DNA of 64,000 nucleotides from an uncultured Acidobacteriota bacterium (GTDB taxonomy: Bacteria; Acidobacteriota; Terriglobia; Terriglobales; Acidobacteriaceae): positions 62,245 through 126,244 of the forward strand of contig CAVXKN010000005.1 of NCBI GenBank assembly GCA_963762385.1, given 5' to 3'. Below are positions 9,125-18,461 of the stretch, piece after piece. Each line of letters begins with the position of its first letter. The first letter of the stretch is position 1. The translations under genes and the position numbers were made by a program. Under the pieces are notes generated by a model, which searched no databases, was not told where the DNA came from, and worked only from the letters and a program-made list of their open reading frames with translations.

Positions 9125-9649
9125 ATGCCGCGAAGTCTTAAGTTAGCCACCGTTTGCGTAATGTTCTTCCTGGCTATGTCGTTAGCCGCCTACGCCAACT
9201 CCAACGACAGTTTTCAGAACGCTAATCTGACCGGTGTCTATCACGGCGGCGACGTATCGGGCACGTTCGACTTTAACAGTAGCACCCATCAGTTTTCCGA
9301 TATCTCTGTCTCTTTTGTAAGCAGCGTCTTCGGAGACGTTAATGTGAGCGACTTCGGTTCGATATACGGAACTTACAACCACGCGACTGGCAATTGGTCG
9401 TTTCAGTGGCGGACCATTAAGAATGGGGATCTGATCACTTACAACGTCGTTTACAATCCAAACACGAATCAGTTCACCGCAAGTGGATCGATTAAAAATT
9501 GGTGGAACCAGGGAAACTTCAATTATATGGCGGTTCCGGAAGGCGGCACTCAGTTGGCCTATCTGGCGCTGTCCGGGTTCGCTATGTTCGTTGGGATTGT
9601 GATCTCCAAGAAGCAGAGAAGTATCACGCCTACCGCTCGGTCGATCTAA
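9125..9649 (+). CDS. small secreted protein with a PEP-CTERM-like (VPEGG variant) C-terminal sorting signal
   Basis: Signal peptide MPRSLKLATVCVMFFLAMSLAAYA. The C-terminus is VPEGGTQLAYLALSGFAMFVGIVISKKQRS (motif, TM helix, basic cluster). SD GGAGAAG lies upstream. It is a paralogue of 26451-26978. Confidence 0.75.
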   Translation: MPRSLKLATVCVMFFLAMSLAAYANSNDSFQNANLTGVYHGGDVSGTFDFNSSTHQFSDISVSFVSSVFGDVNVSDFGSIYGTYNHATGNWSFQWRTIKNGDLITYNVVYNPNTNQFTASGSIKNWWNQGNFNYMAVPEGGTQLAYLALSGFAMFVGIVISKKQRSITPTARSI

Positions 9650-10041
9650 CGTAAATGCGTCCGAAGCAAACTCCTACTTCCTAGAAAGTTCCTAGGTTTC
9701 TGTCGCCTCCCCTTTATCACGTCGTCCTCCTGGCTGTAGTTGGTGGGCTTCAAGATGAGATCGATTTCGGTTTAGGCACGTAACCGCGCGGAGTTGTCAT
9801 TATCTCTCGGGGGATAGGTCCATCGAAAAACGCTCCGGTCGTACCCATTTACACTATCAATAATTTCGATTGGACTCCCGGTCACCGCGCACCTAGAGTT
9901 GCTAGGGGGATGAGATCCGCAGACATGCTATTACATCAATCGCAGAGGTGTGCCTTCGGGTGATCAAAATACCAGATGACCGCGCCGCGCCGATGGGGTA
10001 ATGACCAGTTAGATGCTCCAACCAGATGTGACGGATAAAAT

Positions 10042-12753
10042 ATGGAACCAGAAAGCCTGGAATTAGAAGAGAATCAGAACGGGGTTCAAGAGTTGGATCT
10101 GACCGAACATGCCCGCGGTGTCACCCACGTCCTCACTCTCGAGGAAATTGCGAACCTTGCGGCGGCGGAAGGCCAACCCGCCGAGACCCTTATGAACGTC
10201 GTCGCCTTGATTGCCAGGCGATTTGAGACTGAGGTTTGTTCCGCATATTTGCTCGAGCCGGATCGCGCCAATCTGGTGCTGGCTGCAACCGTCGGCTTGC
10301 GGCGGGAATGCATCGGCAATCTTCGAATGGCGATCAACGAAGGGCTTGCGGGCTTGGTAGCGGAACAAGTGAGGCCTGTGGCCGTGGAGCAGGCGCACAG
10401 TCATCCACGTTTCAAGTACTTCCGTGAAGCCGGCGAAGACGACTATCAGTCGTTCCTTGGGGTGCCTCTTATCGACCGGGGAGTTTTGCAGGGCGTTTTG
10501 GTAGTGCAAACTGTGGAGCCTCGGCTTTTTCTCGAAGATGAGATTCACATGCTGACCGAGGCAGCGGCTCAGGTGGCACCGGTGGTCAGCGAAGCACGAA
10601 CGCTGGATCGCTTCATCGCTCCCGCCCAGGAACGCCTTTGGGCACTGGCTCGTAATCTGTGGTGGAGTTGGGATCACGATGCCGCGAGTTTGTTCCGCGA
10701 CCTTGATCCGGTGCGCTGGAGGCAGCTGAATCAGAATCCGGTTTCTCTGCTAGCAGAGTTCCCGCTGGCGAAACTCGAAAGTCGTGCGGCAGAACTTGTC
10801 CTGCACAGCCGCATCAACTATGCCTCTCGACGGTTGCAGGAATACTTGCAGGCGGACCGCACTTGGGGAACCAGACACGCCGGGGTTTTGCGGCCCTCTC
10901 CGGTTGCGTATTTCTCCGCAGAGTTCGGCCTGCACGAATCGCTTCCGGTTTATTCGGGCGGTCTCGGAGTTCTTGCCGGAGACCACATTAAGAGCGCGTC
11001 TGATCTCGGCATTCCGCTGGTCGGCATCGGCTTGTTTTATGGGCAGGGATACTTTCGCCAGCGCCTGGATCGCAAGGGCTGGCAGCAGGAAGAATATCTG
11101 GAGACGGACGTCAATCAATTGCCGATGGACGTCGCGATTGGCAAGAACGGCCGGCCGGTCATGGTGCAAATCGAAACTCGCAGCGGTTCGATTCATGCCA
11201 AAGTCTGGCGGGTGAAAGTTGGACGCTGCGACTTGTTCCTGCTCGATTCGGATGTCGAAGGCAACACTCCGGATGACCGCGAGTTGACCTCCCGCCTTTA
11301 TGGTGGAAACGCGCGCACTCGTATCCGGCAGGAGTTGCTGCTTGGCGTTGGAGGCTCCCGCGCCCTGAGAGCCATGGGCATCACGCCGGGCGTTTTTCAC
11401 CTGAACGAGGGGCACAGCGGATTTGCGGTGCTCGAAGCGCTCCACATGCGCATGGAGGACGAGGGTATCGGGTTCGACGCCGCCGTGCCTCGCGTTTCTC
11501 GGGAGGTAGTCTTCACTACCCATACGCCGGTGCCTGCCGGCCACGATCGCTTTGACGCGGACCTGATCGAAGAGCATCTCGGACCTCTGCGCGAACAGAT
11601 GGGGCTTTCTCCGGAGAGCTTAATGGGATTGGGACGCGAAGATCCGAACAACCAGAGCGAGACGTTTTGCATGACTGTGCTGGGCCTCAGACTCTCGCGC
11701 CGCGCCAATGCAGTTTCCGCGCTCCACGGCGAAGTGTCCCGCGCAATGTGGACTGGGCTCTGTCCGGGTAAGCCGGAGGACGAAGTTCCAATCGGACACA
11801 TCACGAACGGGGTGCATGTTCCGTCGTGGCTGGCTCCGCAGATGTTTCGCCTCTACGACCGCCATCTAGGCACGAACTGGCATCAACACGGCAGTGAAGC
11901 ACGCATCTGGGAAGGCATTGAGAACATCGATGACGGCGAGCTGTGGGAGACGCACCTGAGCCTGAAATCGCAGCTTCTCGAATTTGTGCGCCGCCGCGCG
12001 GTAGAACAAGCCGAACGCCGTGGCGAACCACGAGAGGTCTTGCAGAGACTGGGCAAGGTGCTCAGCCCCGACGCGCTGACCATTGGATTTGCCCGCCGCT
12101 TCGCGACCTACAAGAGAGCCAACCTGATTCTCAGCGATATCGAGAGCCTGGCGTCCATGGTGAACGATCCCAAACGTCCGCTGCAGTTCGTTTTTGCCGG
12201 CAAAGCGCATCCCAACGATGAGCCGGGCAAAACCGTTCTGCAGCAGATTGCGGAATTGATGCGCAATCCGCAGTTCGCCGATAAGTTCGTCTTTGTCGAA
12301 GACTATGACATCAACGTCGGACGTCATTTCGTGCAGGGCGTTGATGTCTGGCTGAACAACCCACGGCGTCCGCAGGAAGCGTCGGGAACGAGCGGCCAAA
12401 AGGTTGTTCTGAACGGTGGACTGAACCTCTCAGTGCTCGACGGCTGGTGGGCTGAGGCCTACGACGGCATGAATGGATTCGCCATCGGCACGGGCCGAAC
12501 GCACTCCAACATGAGCGTGCACGACACCCGCGATGCTGAGGATTTGCGCCGTGCGCTTCGCGAGGAAGTGATTCCGTTGTATTACCAGCGCGATCGTGAC
12601 GGCCTGCCGCGCGGCTGGATCAAGCGCATGAAGCGAACCATCCGCACTCTCGGCTGGCGTTTCAATGCCGACCGCATGGTGATGGATTACACCCTGAAAT
12701 GCTACGTCCCTGCGGCCGGGGGCACGTCCAGTGAGATGAGATCCTCCTGGTGA
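10042..12753 (+). CDS. glgP: alpha-glucan (glycogen/maltodextrin) phosphorylase, GT35 family, with an N-terminal GAF domain
   Basis: Residues ~30-190 look like a GAF domain (LAGLVAEQVRPV...FLGVPLIDRGVLQGVLVVQT). The rest matches alpha-glucan phosphorylase motifs (YFSAEFGLHESLPVYSGGLGVLAGDHIKSASDLG, FTTHTPVPAGHD, FARRFATYKR, EASGTSGQK with the PLP lysine). Confidence 0.85.
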   Translation: MEPESLELEENQNGVQELDLTEHARGVTHVLTLEEIANLAAAEGQPAETLMNVVALIARRFETEVCSAYLLEPDRANLVLAATVGLRRECIGNLRMAINEGLAGLVAEQVRPVAVEQAHSHPRFKYFREAGEDDYQSFLGVPLIDRGVLQGVLVVQTVEPRLFLEDEIHMLTEAAAQVAPVVSEARTLDRFIAPAQERLWALARNLWWSWDHDAASLFRDLDPVRWRQLNQNPVSLLAEFPLAKLESRAAELVLHSRINYASRRLQEYLQADRTWGTRHAGVLRPSPVAYFSAEFGLHESLPVYSGGLGVLAGDHIKSASDLGIPLVGIGLFYGQGYFRQRLDRKGWQQEEYLETDVNQLPMDVAIGKNGRPVMVQIETRSGSIHAKVWRVKVGRCDLFLLDSDVEGNTPDDRELTSRLYGGNARTRIRQELLLGVGGSRALRAMGITPGVFHLNEGHSGFAVLEALHMRMEDEGIGFDAAVPRVSREVVFTTHTPVPAGHDRFDADLIEEHLGPLREQMGLSPESLMGLGREDPNNQSETFCMTVLGLRLSRRANAVSALHGEVSRAMWTGLCPGKPEDEVPIGHITNGVHVPSWLAPQMFRLYDRHLGTNWHQHGSEARIWEGIENIDDGELWETHLSLKSQLLEFVRRRAVEQAERRGEPREVLQRLGKVLSPDALTIGFARRFATYKRANLILSDIESLASMVNDPKRPLQFVFAGKAHPNDEPGKTVLQQIAELMRNPQFADKFVFVEDYDINVGRHFVQGVDVWLNNPRRPQEASGTSGQKVVLNGGLNLSVLDGWWAEAYDGMNGFAIGTGRTHSNMSVHDTRDAEDLRRALREEVIPLYYQRDRDGLPRGWIKRMKRTIRTLGWRFNADRMVMDYTLKCYVPAAGGTSSEMRSSW

Positions 12754-12813
12754 TGCAGTTGAGTGGAGCGTATCCGCTGTAAATCTCACAGACGAGGCGG
12801 AGGGAGTTGCCAA

Positions 12814-13158
12814 ATGCACAATGCGATCGTGATCCTGCAGAACGATCCCGCGCGTGCGGAGAATTTGGTCTCCAAAGTCAAGCCGGTCTCCGAGGCAGTG
12901 TTCATCGTGCGGTCCCTGCTGGAGCTTCAGACGCTGGTCTCGCAGTTTCCCATCCAAATCGGAGTCCTGGATCTGGGTTTGGTCACCGTTCAGGAAATCG
13001 TCGGCCTACGCACTCAGCTGCGCATAATCATTTGCACGCACCACACTCCCCACGAAATCATGTGGACGGCTGCGCTCGATGCGGGCGCCCTCGATTGTTG
13101 CTTTGATGATGATGGGCCTGGAATCTGCCGCGCGATTCAGCGGACCGCGCAGGTGTAA
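12814..13158 (+). CDS. CheY-like receiver-fold protein, probably a pseudo-receiver
   Basis: MHNAIVILQND...IGVLDLGL...IIICTHH...ALDAGALD follows the receiver beta-alpha pattern but lacks the N-terminal acidic pair. SD GGAGGGA lies upstream of ATG 12814. Confidence 0.45.
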   Translation: MHNAIVILQNDPARAENLVSKVKPVSEAVFIVRSLLELQTLVSQFPIQIGVLDLGLVTVQEIVGLRTQLRIIICTHHTPHEIMWTAALDAGALDCCFDDDGPGICRAIQRTAQV

Positions 13159-13332
13159 GTCGGGCCATGCCTTAGAAAACGACTGTTCTTGGCATTGGCC
13201 GTCGCTGCACGTTCACTGCCTTCGTTTTCGAAAATATCGCATGCGCTTTGTGACGGCGCTCACATTCTGACGTGACGCGGGACCGCGCGCATTCTTCCGA
13301 TTTGCGATGGAATTGAACCAGGGTGAGTTCTT

Positions 13333-14403
13333 GTGTCCATCGGCAAATCCCTCCATCGAACTGCGTGCATACTACTGGCGTGTTGCATCGTGCCCGCCTC
13401 TGCAGCGGCCCAGGACACGACGTCTGCAATTTCCTCTCTGCCAGCACTAACCGCTCCACGACAGGCTTCCGTGCGCCTCAGTTTTGTGCGCTCATTTTCG
13501 GCGGCTGACGATGTAAGAGATCCGTTACACCCCGTTCTGGACCGCACGATCGACATTATCGCCGGGCCCAAAGACCTTGTACCGCGCGAGGACGTGTTGC
13601 GATCGCCGATCGCACTAACGACGGACTCGAACGAGCGTGTGTTCGTTGCCGATCCCGGTGCGAAGTCTGTGCACGTGTTCGACTTTGTTCATTCGAAATA
13701 CAGTCTTCTAGACAGAGGCAATGATCGTCTGCGCAGTCCCGTCGCGCTCACTGTGGACGGTCGGGACAATTTGTATGTCATCGACGACACCAGCAGGACA
13801 ATACTCGTTTACGACTCGGCGGGAAAGTTTCATCGCTCTTTCGGACGGTTGAGCGGAGGAGAGTCGTACTTCGAGAGTCCGGCAGCGATCGCAATCGATT
13901 CGACGACCGGACACATTTACGTTTGCGACAGGCATCGCCATATGATCATCATCATGGACGACCGAGGGCGGATTATCGGCACGGTCGGAAAGCGCGGCGG
14001 CGGTGACCGGCCGGGCGAGTTCAGACTACCGAGCCAGGTGGTTGTGGCCGGTGGTGAGTTGTTCGTGCTTGATGCAGGCAACACACGCATTCAAATCCTC
14101 GATACAGCGGGCCATTTCCGGCGGGCCATTAACCTCCCCTATGCAGATCATCGCACGGGATTGGCGGTGGACAACCAGGGCAACGCTTACGTCAGCGATC
14201 CCGTTCTCAATCAAATTCAGGTCTTCAGTCGCGAGGGGCGGCCGCTGTATAGGTTTGACCCAGGCACGGCCAAAGACGCGAACTTTAGCCACCCCTCAGT
14301 CATGTGGGTTCACGCGGGTTATTGTCTTTACGTGGTGGATTCTCAGAGCAATCGCGTGGGTCTGTTTCAAATTAGTGGAGAGAATGCCACGCAGTGCCGA
14401 TAA
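13333..14403 (+). CDS. secreted NHL-repeat (six-bladed beta-propeller) protein
   Basis: Signal peptide followed by repeated blades: SPIALTTDSNERVFVADPG, SPVALTVDGRDNLYVIDD, SPAAIAIDSTTGHIYVCD, LPSQVVVAGGELFVLDAGN, GLAVDNQGNAYVSD, HPSVMWVHAGYCLYVVDS. GTG start. Confidence 0.8.
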   Translation: MSIGKSLHRTACILLACCIVPASAAAQDTTSAISSLPALTAPRQASVRLSFVRSFSAADDVRDPLHPVLDRTIDIIAGPKDLVPREDVLRSPIALTTDSNERVFVADPGAKSVHVFDFVHSKYSLLDRGNDRLRSPVALTVDGRDNLYVIDDTSRTILVYDSAGKFHRSFGRLSGGESYFESPAAIAIDSTTGHIYVCDRHRHMIIIMDDRGRIIGTVGKRGGGDRPGEFRLPSQVVVAGGELFVLDAGNTRIQILDTAGHFRRAINLPYADHRTGLAVDNQGNAYVSDPVLNQIQVFSREGRPLYRFDPGTAKDANFSHPSVMWVHAGYCLYVVDSQSNRVGLFQISGENATQCR

Positions 14404-14512
14404 TCTCTCGCGTCGCGGAGAAGATTATCGATCCCCATCACGGGACGACGTGACGGCATTCACAGCCTGCGCGTCCGGAGATTGTTACGCTCAATAATAA
14501 AAGGAGACGAAC

Positions 14513-14965
14513 ATGGAAACGAAATATAACTATCACGCCAGCGCGCAGTGGCATCAGCACAATCACGGTGTCGTCGAACTGGAGCATGGCGCACCCCGCC
14601 TCATCAATTTCTCTGCCCCACCTGAGTTCGGCGGTGAACCCGGATTCTGGACGCCGGAACTTTTCTTTTTGACTGCTGTAGCCACTTGTTTTGCCGCAAC
14701 ATTCCGTGCCGTGGCCAGCGCGTCGAAATTGGATTTCCAGGGTATCGAAATCGCCGTCGATGGTGTGGTTGAAAAAGAGCCCGGCGGTTTCCGCTTTACG
14801 AAAGTCACTCTGAAGCCGGTGGCGATCATTTTCGCGGAACAAGAGCGTGAACGCGCCCAGCGCCTTCTGGAGAAGGCAGAAAAGCTATGCCTGGTTAACC
14901 GCTCGCTTTCCTGCACGGTCGCACTTGAGCCGAAAATCTTGGTGGAAAATCCAGTTACGGCTTGA
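14513..14965 (+). CDS. OsmC/Ohr family peroxiredoxin-like protein
   Basis: 150 aa. PEFGGEPGFWTPELFFLTAVATCF and AEKLCLVNRSL carry the two conserved Cys regions of OsmC. Confidence 0.82.
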   Translation: METKYNYHASAQWHQHNHGVVELEHGAPRLINFSAPPEFGGEPGFWTPELFFLTAVATCFAATFRAVASASKLDFQGIEIAVDGVVEKEPGGFRFTKVTLKPVAIIFAEQERERAQRLLEKAEKLCLVNRSLSCTVALEPKILVENPVTA

Positions 14966-14986
14966 ACATTTCACCTTCGTCGCTCA

Positions 14987-17696
14987 CTACGGAAAGCGCA
15001 CATCCAGGCTGTAAATCTCTTGTGTGCTTCTATCCCGCATGAGAAGCGCCGAATCGTCGGGGGCCAGCCCGACCCAGAACTCCCACGGATCGAATCCGCG
15101 TGGAATTTCTTTCAGGCTGAATAAGTGCTCCACTTTGCCATCGGAGACGCTCACGCGCACCAGGTCGTCGATGTCGTCGGAATAATCCTCCGCGTACAAA
15201 TGCTTTCCGTCATGCGACCAGTTCTCGAAAGCGAAAAGAGACTGCGCGAGCTGCGACCAACTCCTCTTTTCCATATCGTAGAGCATCATCTTCGTAGAAT
15301 CTGTGGAGAGCGCCGCCATGTAGCGTCCATCCGGCGAAACGCGCGGACTGAACAGTTTTTCCGACCCAGGCACGTCCGAGACTTGCGATGTCTTCAAGTC
15401 CACGATGCGAATGTTGGGACCCGGTGCGGACGCGTATTCCAGCCAGGGAATTCCTGCGAACACGATCGAATCTCCGTCGGGCATCCATGTCGGATCGCCA
15501 TAGTTGCGGTCTCCAACGGTCACTTCGCTAGGCGTGCCGCCCTCGGCTGGTATCACGAATACGTGCCATGGCCTTCCCGGACGCGATGCTATAAACGCGA
15601 TCTGAGTTCCATCCGGTGACCAGCGCGGCGAATGCACCTGCATCGGCGCATAGGTGAGTTGGGTCCGGGAACTTCCGTCCAATTTGCTCCGCCACAACGT
15701 GAGTTCCGGATGCGCAACGTAGGTCATCCACTCGCCTTTGCGCTGGATATCGGCTTCGCCGGCCGACACGCCAGGCATGTAGATGGAAAACTGCGACCTG
15801 CCATCCAGTCGGATCAAATCGAACCGGCGCTGCTGTCCGATCACGAACAGCTTCTTTCCATCCACACTCGGCGTTGGATTGCTGAACATGAGCGGTCCCA
15901 CCGTGAGCTGTGTCGGTTCCGCAGCAGGCTTGCGAAAGAGTGACCCACCCTCACGCAAAGCCCAGATGTTCTCGCTGTGATCGCGAGTCGATTCGAACAG
16001 GAAGTATTCTCCATTGGGTGTCCACGCCCCGCCGGACTCTTGCGCTGGCTTGTTCCACCCCGGCAACAGCGGATGCAAACCTTTGCCGTCGGCTGAGACC
16101 TCCCACAACGATGACGTGTGCTGGCTGGTGTTTCGTATCGTGAAACGCAAACGGCGGCCATCAGGAGAAAATCGAGGCGCTAAAGGAACTCCCTGTACCG
16201 CGACGAGTTCGCGCGAATCGCTTCCGTCCGCATTGCACGAATACAAACTCGAATTCCTGGCATACACGATGTGCTGGCCGTCGGGCGCCCACGTGGCGGC
16301 GTGGGCGAGAATGCCTCCCACAGGCCGCATCGACCCGGCAGGGACCGGCAAAACCCAAACCGGCCACTCGGTCTGCGAACCCTCCGCCACGCCTTTGACG
16401 AGCAATTCGGAACGGCCTGGATAGAAATCGTAAATGTCGGCGCTTGCCAGTGAGGTTGGCACGGGCGCTGTCTCTCCGCCCGAAGTCGAAACCTGCATCA
16501 GGAGCGAGTGACCGCTCAGATGCTCGGAAAAATATAGCCGAGCGCCGTCCGTGACTAGAGAGCGCTTCGATGTGCCGTCGTTGGTAATCTGCAACGACGA
16601 AAACACAGCCGGCGGCGACTGTGGCGATCTTGCGAACAAGAAGATTGCAACCAACACTGCGACTGCGATCAAGCCCAACGTCACCCACCTAGCGATACTT
16701 ACCTTAGGTTGAGGTTCAGGAGTAGCGGCAGCCGCAGCAAACATCGCGCGAAGTCTGTCTTTCGAATCCGGCACCCGCCTCGGGGACGAACCGGCAGCGA
16801 GACCTGATCCCGTCTCAATCTCCCGGCGCAGGCGCTGCAAATCGCCGCGCATTTCAGCCGCAGTTTGATATCGCAGCTTGGGATCTTTCTCGAGAGCCTT
16901 CGTGACGATGCGTTCAAGCTCCGGAGGCGTCGCCGGATTAAATCGCAGAGGTCCCTCGGGCGCGCTGTGAATGAGCGAGTCGAAAAATGCAGCTGTAGTC
17001 TGCCCCTGAAAGGGCAGAACCCCCGTCGCCATTTCATACAGCACGATCCCAAACGAGAACAGATCGGTGCGGCAGTCCAGCGGCCGGCCCAACGCCTGCT
17101 CCGGCGACATGTAATGAATGGTTCCGAGAGCAGAACCCATGCGAGCCAGATCTTCTGGCGACTGCGTCACGCCGCCAAACGTATTGCCACTGACGCTGGC
17201 TTCGTCTCCAAGCGGTGAGCTTCGCCAGTCCGAAATCCAGAATCTTGGCGTGGCCGCGCTTGGTGACGAAAATGTTTGCCGGATTGATATCGCGATGAAT
17301 GATGCCATGCGTGTGCGCGGCGTCCAGCGCGTCGGCAATCTCGATTCCGAGCCCGAGCAGAAAGTCAATTTCCAGCGGACGCCCCGCAATGCGGTGCATC
17401 AAGGGCATGCCGTCCAGAAATTCCATGGCGATGAAGGCTTCGCCGTCCAGCTCACCAATGTCGTAAACCGTACAAATATTCGAATGATTCAGCGCCGATG
17501 CGGCTTCGGCTTCGAATTGAAAACGGGCGAGCGCCTGCGGATCATGAGCAACCTGCTCGGGCAGGAGCTTGAGCGCGACGAAGCGATGCAGCCGCATGTC
17601 CTCGGCCTTATAAACCACCCCCATGCCGCCGCCGCCGAGTTTCTCGACGACGCGGTAGTGCGAGATGGTTTGTCCAATCAATCTTTCGTCGATCAT
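14987..17696 (-). pseudogene. Ser/Thr protein kinase fused to a TolB-like (PD40/WD40-like) beta-propeller, interrupted by a 1-nt frameshift near 17216-17222
   Basis: The N-terminal kinase part ([33 protein letters not shown]...[10 protein letters not shown]...ILDFGLAKL) is in the frame of ORF 17034-17753. The continuation ([11 protein letters not shown]...[10 protein letters not shown]...TM...propeller) is in the frame of ORF 14987-17389. An intact paralogue lies at 48764-51520. Confidence 0.8.
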
Positions 17697-17748
17697 TCGA
17701 AATGCCCGTCTGTCAGGTCGTCTCATCTTACGGACGCCGCTCCAGCCC

Positions 17749-17764
17749 GTCAATGAACCCCAGG
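17749..17764. repeat. left copy of the 16-bp direct repeat GTCAATGAACCCCAGG
   Basis: Exact match to 26310-26325 in the same orientation. Confidence 0.8.
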
Positions 17765-17797
17765 GGGATAGCTATAGAGCCGAGAAAATTCCTACAC
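17765..17797. repeat. left terminal inverted repeat (G)GGGATAGCTATAGAGCCGAGAAAATTCCTACAC
   Basis: Matches the reverse complement of 26275-26309 in two identical blocks (16 nt and 13 nt) separated by a 5/6-nt variable core. Confidence 0.75.
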
Positions 17798-18461
17798 TCT
17801 TACGGGCATGGGACCGAGTGCTAGCGAAGGGCGTCTCGGAGAACGACACCAAATTCTCAATGAGTGTAATTAATCGCGATGTTACGCCAACAATCCCGAT
17901 CATACGGTGCAATGCGTTTGGGAGATCGGGGACTGGTAAGGGTTTTCCTTACCTCAACTGTGCTAAGCACTTTACCTCAGCGGTGCCATTTACCACCTTC
18001 ATGATGGAGGACTATTGTGTTGCGTGAGCAGTTCTGGGGAGAACTGTTAAGGAGAGCGTCCCTGACTCGGGGGAGGCTCGGACGCTCTCGCCATGAACTA
18101 CCGAGTATTGACCAAAACTAGTGCAGGCAGTAGATTCGCTTCCGCGCTGGACGGCCCCTTCCCCCAAGAATTTGGGTTGCACGGTTGCCAGACGTCGCAT
18201 GCCCGGCCCCCCAGCGCCTTATTCTCCACTTCGTCGGGGAGAATGACTCAGATGTTCTGGGAACTTGTGTTAGCTGCTTTGGCAGGGTGGACGGTGCTGC
18301 CAGCGTTAGTATGGGCGCTAGCTAACGAAATCATGCGCTTAATCTGATTCCCACAAAAGGTGGTTGTTGTCGTATTCAGGCCATTTATCCTCAAAACCCC
18401 GGTGAGTGTATCGCGATGTTGCGTCAACCGGCAGCCGCTCGCGGATGAAACGAAGAGAAAG

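Noticed and set aside
9806-9818. Partial match (GGGGGATAG) to the island inverted repeat in the 9650-10041 intergenic region; also AGCTATAGA at about 21288-21297.
   Set aside because: Only 9-10 nt match, with no continuation into the rest of the IR. This is compatible with chance.
9650-10041. Searched the larger intergenic regions (8736-9124, 9650-10041, 17798-18461, 43481-44056) for tRNA/tmRNA-like cloverleaf signatures.
   Set aside because: No GTTCGAATC-type T-arm or acceptor-stem pairing was seen by eye. A proper tRNAscan or Infernal run is still needed.
17200-17240. Programmed ribosomal frameshift in the kinase gene.
   Set aside because: There is no slippery heptamer, no obvious downstream stimulatory structure, and the paralogue is encoded in a single frame. 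A mutation or assembly indel is the simpler explanation.
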